Assembly: GCF_001949145.1 (NCBI RefSeq)
Contig: NW_019091356.1
Coordinates: 4,260,934-4,324,933 of the forward strand
Direction: 5' to 3'
From: Acanthaster planci
Lineage: Eukaryota
DNA length: 64,000 bases
The translations under genes and the position numbers were made by a program. This document shows, piece after piece, positions 36,600 to 48,275 of the stretch (positions are counted from its first letter, which is position 1; the number at the start of each line of letters is the position of its first letter). A model generated the notes under the pieces. The model was given only the letters and a program-made list of their open reading frames with translations. It did not search any database and was not told where the DNA came from.

Positions 36600-38006
36600 T
36601 TTCCTCTTTCGAATAGACGCCTACAAACGGACACTGATGCCAGCATTGCTCTTTGTAACATCGTCTGACTTAATTGAAAGGTTGGTGTAATCCAAAAAGC
36701 CATAGGCAACAGGTTGTCTTTGAAGTTCACCGAATGAGGAAGCAGATGTTAGCGTTTGATGTCCATATCTAATTACTCATATTGTTAAGTGAATTGAATT
36801 AGCTCGTCCGTACATGTGAAGACATTTATATATCAATATTCAACGAGACTTGTTAACAAGTCCAGATATTCAGAAGCAAATGTTACAAACTGTGACCCTT
36901 CATGGTCAAAACGTTTTATTGTGAACTATATTTTTTTCAAAAGCCCACAATGTTATGAATAAAAAAAAAGGAAAAACGTAGATTTTTTATCAGAAATTTA
37001 TGCAGTCACGTACTTCAGTATTTGCAGGTACACGTAAATCATGTTGCATGATGCCTTGGAATACACTCATCTTTGATTTTATGGTCTGCCAATGCCAACC
37101 TGTTGTCTCCATACTTCGATATGCGTCATAAAACTCGTCTATACAGTTGCACTTCAAAATATCTTATCCTACAGTATTATCCTTTGCTTCCATCCACTGT
37201 GTTTTGCTATTTTAAACACTAGATTTTTATTTGTTTGTTTCACCAACCGTTAAGGGCAGTTTTATGGGTTTGATATTTCTGAAGTCTTTGATGGTTTCAA
37301 TGTCGTAATTTCTCTTCACATTTTCTACGAGACTGAATTTTGTGCATATTATTTTTCAGTGGTAAAATCGTTGAGCTTTATTGCAAGACATAAGGATTGA
37401 GCTCCTATCTTTCGTTTGCCCCCACTCACCTGCGTTTTTCTCACACGGAGATGGCAAAAACTGATTTCTTAGAAGATATGCAGTTGCATTGGTCGCATAC
37501 ACCAAATACAACCTGTCGTATCCTCTGGCAAGATGAGATACCACAGTCCAAATCTTAGACAACATCCACGAGCGCTTGGCTTCAGAAGCTTGGACACATT
37601 TTACAATACCAATCTTTGCCAGTAGTGGCTCACAAAATGCAAAATGCAAATGCTGTGTTTAGCCAGTGAAATGTAATAATGCAGTGCGCGTAAATGATAT
37701 TCATTGATGTCAGCAGTTCGTTTTTGATGTAGCATCTGAAATGACATGCACTGTCTGGTCTTTTCAATCGGTCACAAAGTACTGTGAACCCTTCTGTCTA
37801 CGTGCCAGAGCAGATTTATGTTGGGAAATTTCATGTATACCGTACGCTATCAAATTCTGCACATTTGCTGGTGGTACGTTGGTAATCTGTAGCCAACGTG
37901 ATGAAAGTCCTTGCTGATCGTGACTAGTTTCTTTTATTTGCATTTCGTGTTGGTTGTAAAGCCTCAGTCGGTTTCCTTTTATTGCTCTCTTAAAAATGTG
38001 TAGACT
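36600..38006 (-). pseudogene. Decayed intronless reading frame, family unidentified
   Basis: One minus frame from 38006 to ~37229 has 5 internal stops in ~259 codons by hand count (SLHIFKRAIKGNRLRLYNQHEMQ...VENVKRNYDIETIKDFRNIKPIKLP). After a frameshift, protein-like sequence continues (KCNCIDEFYDAYRSMETTGWHWQTIKSKMSVF). Confidence 0.4.
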
Positions 38007-39079
38007 CTACATGGAGCGGCGGTGTCCTTGTTAGGACAGAGAATTTTATCAAACTTTTTAGCCTTGGAAGAGCCGGGCGTTTTCGGTGCTCGTGGACGGA
38101 GGAGTCTGCCCCCTCAGCAAATCGACTCACGCAAACGATCTACTTTGAAACTTGGCATGCATGATAAAACACTCATTCTGGCAATACATCTGCGAAACGT
38201 CAATTCCATCCAACATTATAGTTTCGTTGGCACGGTCATTTGAATTTCATGTCTCCATGCATGTCGGTCCAAGCATTGAGTTCATCAATGAGAAAAATAT
38301 GCATTTTTAGCCGACCAATGGGCGTTTGACGTTAACGGTTCCTTCGATTTTTATAAAAATTGACCTTCATATTGACCACAAAAGACTTGGCTAGAAAGAG
38401 CTCGGCTCGGGAAAAAATGCGCTGCGACGATATCGGAGAAAATGTCGAGGGGAAATATACAACGTTCGTTGTACATCGCTAAAGAGCGAAACTAAACCAA
38501 GCCTATCCAAGCCAACCCAGCCTGACCCTATTCGCAAATCTTTGATCGGAGAGTTCTTTCCTACAGGCTAGATAGTCTGGACCAAGGTATTGTCACGTGA
38601 TATTCTCCAATCGGAATATTTTTTCGAGAGTTTGAGAGGACAACCAAGTATTATACTTACAGAGTTGTATATACATAATTAGGGGTAATCGTCGAATTTG
38701 TCAATTTTCTATATCTTATTCTCTTCTCTTCAGGGCCACTGTACGGCCCTGGATTATTTTATTTTGGAAACAAGAGGGAAAAAAATCGGTCATTCATTAC
38801 CGCTTTTGGATAGCAGCGCCACCTACGTTCACTTTGGTCAATTCTTTGCTTTGTCAGATATTTGTTTGTGATAAAATCATGTTGTCGGCAAGCTAAAATG
38901 AATCGATGAATATGATTCCAAAACAGACATACGGTGAAAACAAAAAGACACAGAGAGTTACGGCAACATTTTTGGAACCACTTTAATTACACTGTAATGT
39001 TTATTTGAACGAGTCAGTTTATTTCTTGGCATATAATATACTCTTTCTTCGTAAAACTCAGAAACAGTTTGCTGCACTG

Positions 39080-41750
39080 TAACGAAAACATGCGTTTTGG
39101 TGCCATATAAGAACAGTCCGTCGGTACAGGCTCGACCGAATACCTGTCAAAAATCTCACAAGTTGTTTAACCAGGCGTCATCATTGACGGGCTGCCCTGA
39201 ATCAAGTGCAATCCACGGCTGTCCTTATGGGCTGGCACGCGCTGCGGATTCCTCGTTCGTTGGGATACCTGTGTTTGTTCATCTGGTCAGTGCCGTTTGT
39301 AATGAACCAATTTGCAGCTGGTGGCAAGTCTTTATATGAGACTAAACGAGCCTGGACTATTTTGATGGAGTGCAATCCCTATTTTTTAATGAAAATAACG
39401 TGGTCCATAGCTTCGTGTCAGTCGTTCAAACTTGTTTGTACCTCAAGGACTCTCTGAAGGTTAGTGAATGTTTATGAAAGTACAGATTCTTGTCTATATG
39501 AATATTTTGATTACATAAAATACCTTCTAGCACTGCCTAAAACGTGACTAGATCGACCAATACTCACTGTGACTTTTATTAGATTTTATTGCTTTCTTGG
39601 AGGAAGGTATAATTTCTCTTGGAGGCGTCACCAGTGTAAAGTTGGCATGGATTGAATCTGATTGTCTTGGCCTGTACTGAGTGGGCTGCGACAGTCTCAC
39701 AAACTCTCTCAGTAAATATTCTGATCAGCGGAGTGTTATTCCCTTAGTCAACCCACTGTATAGAGAATGGTTCTGCTTATCTCTTTCTTGACCACTTTAT
39801 GTCGGGCGATGCACTTTGCAGATTGTGGACTAGAAAATCGGAGAAAAACAACTCAGAGACTTGAAGACGTTTCACTTTCAGCCATGTCAACTTCTTCACA
39901 TCACAGTTTGTCGAGGACAGCGGGCTTAAAGTAACTTCAATTGAAACCTCACCTTCTCTTAAAAGACTTGAGAAAAACTCGGATGCCAAGAAGAAATACA
40001 GTCACTTTGCTTACTTTCATTCGGCGTTTGCTTTCGCTGCTGCTGGTTCGTTTAAGGTGCAGTTTAAATCCTCCCTTAAAATCACTGAGGATTTTGTTAA
40101 GAAGTCACAAAGCGTCAGGTTTTTTTCGCTACCTTACTTCATTTGCATGACCGACCACAGAAAACACCTGACGTTAACACACCGATGAGGTTTTCATCCC
40201 AAATCGTCAATTCTCTCGAGTCAAACCTCCGGAAACTTCCATCGGCATTCCAAGGACGGGAGGGAGATATACACAGAGCCACTTCTTGCCTGAACTGAAT
40301 TCCTTGTTGGGATTTAATCTTTAACTCTTCAGTTGAATAAAATATCACGGCTGTTGGAAGTGGGAAAAAAGATGACTTTTTGAAATGTCAGCGTTAAATT
40401 CAAAATCCCGGGGGTAAGGTTTTCCCTGGTGTTTTGCAATTTGTCTCTGAATCAATCAAAGGAATTTTCTACAGTTTCTGCAAATTTGTCGATTGGTCAC
40501 ATTGAATGATAAATCTTATAGTTAATTCCCCAGATGAATAAATTCCCATTTATAGTTGAACGGTAACCAAGAAACCCGTGTTACCTGAAGAGTTTATTCG
40601 CGCAGAATTGGTTACAATATTCAAAGCACTGCAATTCGTCTGTCAAAGATTATGGTCCTGCCGATTTCAAGTTCTAATTCTAAAACAGCGACCTCAGTGT
40701 TCATTTTTTTCACCATAGCCAACTTCTTCATACACATAGTCAATGACTTCATTAAACTCATCAGAATTTTTATGCAGCATCGTTACATTCAACTGGTTTT
40801 ATCAAGCAAATCGAAGGAGGCCAGCATACTGTGGTTGGGTGCAGATTAAGAAAGTTAATCGCTGAACATCTGTAACTAGTCAGAGCCTTTTATCGCGCAA
40901 ATGGGCATCAGCTGAAATGCTCTACTGTGTTAAAGTGTATGGTTCTCGAGCTAGAGCAAAAGTAGGCGTTATTTCCTTAGCAAAGGAGGCTCCTTTGGTA
41001 CGAACTACGCATCGCTGATTCACGAACGACTAGGAAACGCGAGCGTTGCAATCGTATCGCTACAAAATGAAAAATTCCGACCCACGAGGTTCTTTTCAAC
41101 CAAAAGGGGGTGTTTCTGCTCCAGGCGGATGTTGTTTGGAACCCATTCTCCAGTTTGTGCTTCCTAAACACACTTGACAAGTAACATTCCAGTTTCAGCG
41201 ATCTCCCAAAATTGCGTCTACCACACAACGGGACCTACTCCATTGTCGTATGAGATTTCTGTCCTGAGCTTTATTATTGTAGATTCTCTCTGGAGACTTA
41301 TTCTCATCATGCTTTGCCTCGCGGAAAGGACTCATGCGAGCCCTGCTCTTCCGTCCGTCTCTTTGTCCAGTTGGTACGCGTATACATATCCAATCTGATA
41401 TAAGACTGGAGGCTTTCAAGGGAATCGCGAGGCGGCTCGTACATGAGTCTTGACGGGCAGAATTTCTTCGAATTACACATGTATAACGGTAATGATTACA
41501 AACAGCTTGGGATAAAAGGAACGGTAGCAGACTTTCTCGAAAGTGCTTCAATTTCATGTACATTCCGAATTTCACCTCTAGGCTAAAAAGAAACAGCTTA
41601 GATAAATGAACATTTGTGGGATGATAGGTCTGAAATATTTTTGACATTACGTCGATGTCTTTTGGGAAATCGGCAGTTCCTTGGCATTCTTCTCAATTAA
41701 TGCAGGAATTTTCAGTCGTCGTGATTTTTCAGATTGTAGATCAGAGTGAG
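39080..41750 (-). pseudogene. Possible older decayed reading frame(s), family unidentified
   Basis: Coding-like composition with few homopolymer runs; stitched minus frames read protein-like (PVLYQIGYVYAYQLDKETDG; NSDEFNEVIDYVYEEVGY; GQPWIALDSGQPVNDDAWLNNL). Stop depletion is only modest. Confidence 0.25.
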
Positions 41751-41857
41751 TGCTTATTTCCCAGAGCGAAAAAAAAATAGGTTGCGATGCTGGCCCTGCA
41801 GTAGTTGATTAACCGTAGCTATAGATGGTAAAGGAGATACCCTCGTCGAGGTGAAGC

Positions 41858-42947
41858 AATCAAACCCTAATCTCAGCCATTCAGTCCCTTGTATTCAAAT
41901 CCATTTTTTTCGCCTAGGCCGTCCTTTATAGCAAGATTTAGTATTGTCTTTAAGCCGGGATTTTTTGAAAAGCCTGGCTGCAATGAACAAACGAGGTTCC
42001 TATTGCAAAGATTTTGTCCAACAGATGGTAATGTTAAGTTCATGGTATTATGTCTATGCATAACACGGCTATTATAAAAACAAGCTTGGCAATGTTAGAC
42101 CGGTCGAATGGGTTTATGAGCCACAGAGGCAGTCAGAGAAATGGCTCAAAGTGAAATTTTGCACCACTGACTTCCGTTGGATGTCAGAGCCATTTTTTAA
42201 TACTCTCAGTCAGGATTTAGAGCATTGGCCGCTGAAAGCGTTCTCAATTTAAGCCAATTTGTCTTTGACCCGACCGCAATCAACGACTTCAAGGTTTTCT
42301 GTTGTTGCATGAAGGTGTAGGTTAAACACCGACAGAAAATAGTTGTCACCAGCTTTTAAATTTGGTTTCATTGTAGGTCGTTGATCAGGCGTCTCAACGG
42401 ACTTGGTGTCTCCACTTTTTACATCTGTACCCTCACTGTGACTCGTATATATATATTTTTTCCATTTAGAACGGCAAAACATCTTCTGATTGGTGCTTTC
42501 AGTTACGTAACATTAAACAAATGAGAGCTGTAGAGCAGAGGAGAAGATTATTGAAAAAATAATAAGCACAAAAAAATCATTTGTTGTTTAGAATAGTAAT
42601 TCATTATAAACGTTAACTTTTGAAAATGTATACATATTTATATTGAAGCGTGCTGGCCTGAATACGAAAGAAGTGATTGGTGTGAATAGGAATCTTTTAT
42701 TTTACTGTCATCCTTTCCCACTGATTTCTGAAATCCCTGAATTTTTCATGCAAGTCAAGTTAAAATGCCGTTTTGCAGTGACATTTTGAGTGCTTTTTAA
42801 CCAAAAACATGAACCCATAGTAGCTGCACTTTCTTAATGGATAACCCTCTGACCAAGAATTCAAATTTCCTAATAATCAAACCCTAATCTCAGCCATTCA
42901 GTCCCTTGTATTCAAATCCATTTTTTTCACCTAGGCCGTCCTTTATA
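41858..42947 (+). repeat. 73-bp direct repeat pair (41858-41930 and 42875-42947)
   Basis: AATCAAACCCTAATCTCAGCCATTCAGTCCCTTGTATTCAAATCCATTTTTTTC(G/A)CCTAGGCCGTCCTTTATA, 72/73 identical, starts 1017 bp apart. Confidence 0.95.
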
Positions 42948-44018
42948 TGAGACCTAAAGAGAGGCTTCCATTTGTAAATGCATAGCTTGATATCTGACAC
43001 TACAGAATTCGTCTTTTGCAGATGATTTATCAAATAATGTACTCAATGGGTTAAAATTTATTTAGTGCTCTGAAAACGGTGGAGGAACATGTTTCTTTGT
43101 GTGTTTTAGTGAGCCCAATGGCAGTGAGGTGTACTGCTTAGCCACCCATTGCTCCAGGCATCCTGAACAGCACAGCTCTTGCATGCTAAATTGATTAACC
43201 ACGAGTGTGGCACAACGAAAGCGGAACGTTTTAGCGTTTGAGGGATGGGAATGCGAGCTCAGAGAAACAATTTCTCTCGTACTTTTGGATATTACTTCAG
43301 CATTGGGTACAGTCAAGGAATTTCGCATCACTGAAAAATGCAGTTTGCAATTGGACATCACAGAAATGAAACCTCATAATCTTTTACCTAGATAGTGTGC
43401 GAAGTACTATACTTTTATTGCCGGAAAGATAACCAAAGAGTTTGGAAAATTGACAGTAAGTTGGCTATAAGCTTCGATTGTTTGACGGCCAAGCACCATA
43501 GGCGCGCCACAAAAAATGGCGCCGATGTAAAAACAAAACAAAACATGGCATTGTGTCATTTTTTTGTTGGCCAGGAGTACGGTGTCCAGTCTCGAGTATG
43601 TTTATTTGTCACCCTGAGTCCTGTTGGGAATTTACGTCATGCTCACAGTACCCAGCCTTCCTGTCATACGAAACAAACTCTGAAGATCCCTACGGTGAAA
43701 TCGAAACTCAATCAGCCCGAAGTTTTTTGTCCCAATTTCTTTGTCCGTGAATCCAAACCGTACCTATTCCTAGAGAGGGGAAATTAATTTTTCTGGATTC
43801 GTTGAACAGACGTTCCCGAATTCCCATTTGTTTGTACCAATCCTTATTTCCATCTGACTGTCATTACTTTGAGTATTTCTCCATTTTCATTGGTAGCATT
43901 CCCTCAACGATAACAACCACTGAATGGAATTGTATACCATTGTGTTTGTCTCAATACCGTAAGTACATGTGACAATACAATCAGAAACATGTTTGCCTTT
44001 TTGAATTCGTAATTAAAA

Positions 44019-44630
44019 GGGGGAGTGTAGCGGTTCTTTCCTCGCTTTGCATCAATGAGGCCCGGGTTCGAGTCCCGGCTGCCCAATTGTTTGTTAAGGT
44101 TAGGGGTAATTATAATAAAATTGGCGTATCTTAACCGTTACGCATGCGTGTTTCATCTAGGAAGGTGGGGGGGGGGCAAACGTCATAAATGGGGCACACG
44201 AACTTTTAAGCATAAGACACAACAAAATCGCCTTTCTGGCCGACTTGCGTGGTAGCTCTGTCAGAAGAGCGTTGTACTTAGAACCAACAAGTCAAGTTTT
44301 TTTTTTTCTTGAAGGGGGAATTATATTATAATAGGGGATTTTTTTTAAAAAAGGAAAGTAAAGTCCGACATTTACCCTGTCACTTAAGTTTCTAAGCGCC
44401 TTACCTGATCGGGCTTGCAGTTAACCACGCCCGTATATGATAATTACCCCTAACCTTCCTAGGAAAAAAATTACGAGTCCTGGCTCTGCGCAGGCTTTAA
44501 GTGCATTTGGTTTCCAGTCCATACTCACTCCTGCAGGTTTCTCCCGGTACTCCGGTTTCCTCCTGACTCTAAAACTGGACATTCTTCCTAACCCCTGTAA
44601 TTTGATGCTGATTAAAAAAGATTATGAATA
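44019..44630 (+). mobile_element. tRNA-derived SINE interrupted by an insertion
   Basis: tRNA-like head with Pol III B-box GGTTCGAGTCC (44065-44075); body motif GCAGGTTTCTCCCGGTACTCCGGTTTCCTCC (~44533-44563) resembles the conserved core of widespread metazoan SINEs; A-rich tail. Confidence 0.7.
44081..44473. mobile_element. MITE-like non-autonomous element nested in the SINE
   Basis: Perfect 18-bp subterminal inverted repeat AAGGTTAGGGGTAATTAT (44096-44113) / ATAATTACCCCTAACCTT (44440-44457), extending imperfectly; flanked by near-identical 12-bp direct repeat CGAGTCC(C/T)GGCT (44069-44080, 44474-44485). Confidence 0.7.
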
Positions 44631-47600
44631 AAACGTATGTAAAACGCAAATAACCTGAGTAGCCGACAGCGCCATCAAAACAAAACTAATATCCGACCCA
44701 AGGTACTGTTTTTCGAACTTTTTGTATATTATTGAAAACACGGGACAGGGCGTGCTGAATGCTTTGTCATATATTAACATGCATCCTCTGAATCCTTTAA
44801 TATCTTATTTTTGAAACCAAATATATACAGCTAGAGGTTTCAGGATGCATATGCCTACTGTCACCTGCGTACGACGTATTAGTGCCGTTGGCATTTCACT
44901 TTGAAATGTTCGTAGGCTGCACGCATGAGCAAATTTAATCACCGCTCTCATCCACCCTCCAGAAAATTCGACTTGGCGGCAGAGAGAATTTGCCGAAACT
45001 TTCAGATTGTTAATTGATAATTACCCTTTCAACTGTACGCGGCACAAGAAAAACACCATTATTCTTATTTGATTCCGAGGAGGTGGTCGAATTTGATCGA
45101 GAGGACAGTGTTTTCAGCTCCATTCCAAACTGTTCCCTTTGGGGCTTTGGAGGAGAGCGAGTTCGGTCCATTCGTGAATGACCACGGGCCTGCATAGAGA
45201 TTACAATGTAATTAACATTGACCGTTGGCGGGAATCTTGGCTTTATTAACGCTGGCCTCTCGAGGGGCCGGGGAGATCGCGGCCGGCCGAGGCTTGGCGT
45301 TCATTTTCTTGCTCCCTTCCGTCAACTCAAGTTTAAGCACGAACCTGAATCCGAACTCTTTGAATCTGAAGTACCGCTTATGAGAAAGCATTGAATACTT
45401 CAGTCTCTCAAACTGCAATTTTCAGATGGCTTTAGTTAATGTGTTAAGGATTGGTGGTTGAGGAGGCAATGTCATGTATCTAGAGTGCTGATAGACAAAT
45501 CCAAGGAGACATCATGAATACGGTGACACTACGCGTGCGCGCATTCTCAAAACTTGCAGTGCGTGTACATTGAGGCAAATCACGACATCCCATTGGTGGA
45601 AGAGGCATGAAACGCACGCATACCAACTTTGCAGGCGCTAGCATGGTGCTACCGCAGTGGTAACTTGCATCCAAATCGCTGGATTAATCTGTTGCCTTTT
45701 CGCCTGTAGTTGTCATAGTTAACAGCTAGTAATTTTTCGACCTTTGGATGGCATTCATGCAGATATCATTTGAGAAATCCTTACTCCCGGAGTTCAATAT
45801 AGAGCTTGATCCAGCCTCAGCAGCGTCGGTAACATGCCTGTGACCAGACACGATACATTTAAAGAAACGCTCCTCTCCCATTAAGTTTCGTTTATGCTTC
45901 AAAGTGGAGCTGTTTCTCACCCTTTGTGGACTTTGTGAATAGGACTCAACGGGTGTTAATTAAATGTACTATTACATATCGAATTTAGCTGTTAATGGTA
46001 TTATGATTTTTTTTTCCAAAATGCTCGGTGAAGCAGTGCTTGCGGCGACATTTCCACTCCTGAGAAGCAAACGCAGCACAGCGGACTCCTCCAAGAACTT
46101 TCGAGACGCCATGGAATCTGCCTACTTATAATACGGGAGCCAAGTTTAGGCCTATCATCACGTTCGTGCATGTTCGCGTGAGACCAAGATTTCATTCGGT
46201 GTTTACACCCCGTAGCATCTCTGCGTGATATGTGCACGCGTGAGAGTAGGAACACAGCGGAAATGGAACCCAAGGGTGTTATTGGTATGACTGTTGGTGT
46301 TATTAAGTTGAATTATATTGTTAACAGTGACTCCTTGTGTCTTCCGTTATAACATTAATGTTTCGCCCTCCTAAGGCGAACTGGTGCACCGTGGTAACGC
46401 AGTTAACCCGAACAGGTAATCTTAATGTCACGACCAAAAGGCTACCTTACCTTCCCAGCATATGCATGCATCGCCCAGTGGAAATAAACACCACAACTGC
46501 TCAGTTCGTCTAGATCCCGACGGGATAGGATCGCCCTTTTCGTACCCCGTGGGGCCTATAGGCGCGCTCATAGCGCAGCTGACAGGCAAGGTGTCCGTAA
46601 ATCCGCGACTTATTTGTCCAGTCCTCGCTGAGCCTTGAAGGGCATCCGCATCGCCAAACTAGTAACCAGAACCTTCCATGAATGATACAGTGGCTTGCAC
46701 GACAGCGCGTTGAGGAGAGAGTTCCTCCCGAGGCAAACCCCTTGCTGATTGCGTATTACACCGGGGCTGTTTAATATCCCAAGTCCCACTTCATTGCTCG
46801 ATATTATTTTTCAGCTTCATAATATGTGGCAACACTGAGATCAAATCAGTCGTGACGATTGCGTCTGTCTGTGCATGCGGAGAGAAGCCGTCACTGAAGT
46901 CTTGCGAAGAAAGTTTAATTAAGTGCAGCTTGATTATTTGAGACATAGGCGACTTTTACACAAGATGGGCATTCAATAAATGCCCACATTTGTTTTAAAA
47001 GGTTTCATTTCCGCCATATTTTACCCGGAAGCATTTTTGGCGTGAATTGTGTACAGTCGTCTTTATGTTGTGCTTTATTTGGACACCACCGTGCCTTCAC
47101 AACTATGCACTTTTGAATGTTAGCAGAATTTATCCAGGCTTACAGAGACTGGTTTCTCCAAGGGTATATATATTCTGTCTCAAAACAAATCAGATATGAG
47201 AATATAAACAAGGTAAAGGCTTAAAATTTGGTGAAGTGTTAATTGTTGGACTCTAAAGTGTTTACCAATCTGAAGAAAAACAGCCAAATCAATTTCTATT
47301 ATGATGTACTGTACTTTGAGAAAAAAATCACTTCTAAGATAATCATTAATCTTTTGCTCAATCTGGATCATTATTCAGTCGGAACTGATTGACTTGAAAC
47401 TATTTAGTGAATTCTTTGTTAGGCTGGGGATGAAATGCAAAGGAGTTTTCTCTGTCACCACTGAGGATAGTTGTGACAATATAATGCTCCTGTGTACATG
47501 TTGTCTGAAAGTAAAATATTACTTGCTGTCATTTTCCGTATACTCGCCTGGAAACGCGTCTATGTCCCGTCTATCTACGATAGGCCTGTACACTGTGTAG

Positions 47601-48157
47601 CTTCTAGCATCTGCTCGTCCTCTGAAAGCAAAGCTTCAGTCCCTGTTAAAAATGAGTTGATACGCCTTGTCAGTTCTTTGCGCAATTCTCCAATGATTAG
47701 ATTCACCATTCATATGACTGTCTGGCTACATGCCCGTACATATATCAATGGGAATACCTGCGGAAGTGAGTAGCAGTCAGATGAACTCCCTGTGGCATGA
47801 CTGAGTTTACATGACTGAAATTCCAGATGAAGATGAACCAAGGGTAATGCGCCGTGAGCAGTTCACACATTAAGCGAATGTATCGGTGATCTGGAAGAAA
47901 TTTTGGAAAAATCTCAATGTACATATAAGTAATTGATTAACCGACCGTCTTGGGGAAAAACGATCGAAATGGAGACCAGCCTTCAACCGTTTCCAGGATA
48001 CATCAAATACATGTACATGTCATTGAACATGAGTATGTTCATCGAAACGCTTTTAAAAGGCAGAAAATCCCGAATGATGCCCATCGATCTCTTTGCTCCT
48101 TTCTAATAGCTGTTATCGAATTCCTCTTAAGCCAAAAAATCTTCACCTGCTTTTTCA

Positions 48158-48275
48158 TTGTTCGGGTAGATACATTCACGTTGTTCGGGTAGATACATTC
48201 ACGTTGTTCGGGTAGATACATTCACGTTGTTCGGGTAGATACATTCACGTTGTTCGGGTAGATACATTCACGTTG
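48158..48275. repeat. 23-bp minisatellite, 5 perfect copies
   Basis: TTGTTCGGGTAGATACATTCACG x5 + TTG, head-to-tail with no spacers. Confidence 0.98.

Noticed and set aside
39900..40350. Mab-21/cGAS-like resemblance (VALCI..PW..; WHPSFS)
   Set aside because: The motifs are separated by many stops, WHPSFS lies outside the best continuing frame, and no catalytic motif was found
41861..41872. Telomerase-template-like CAAACCCTAATC
   Set aside because: Does not match the CTAACCCTAA template and lies inside a local duplication
48158..48275. CRISPR-like array
   Set aside because: Units are contiguous with no unique spacers, no cas genes are present, and the context is eukaryotic
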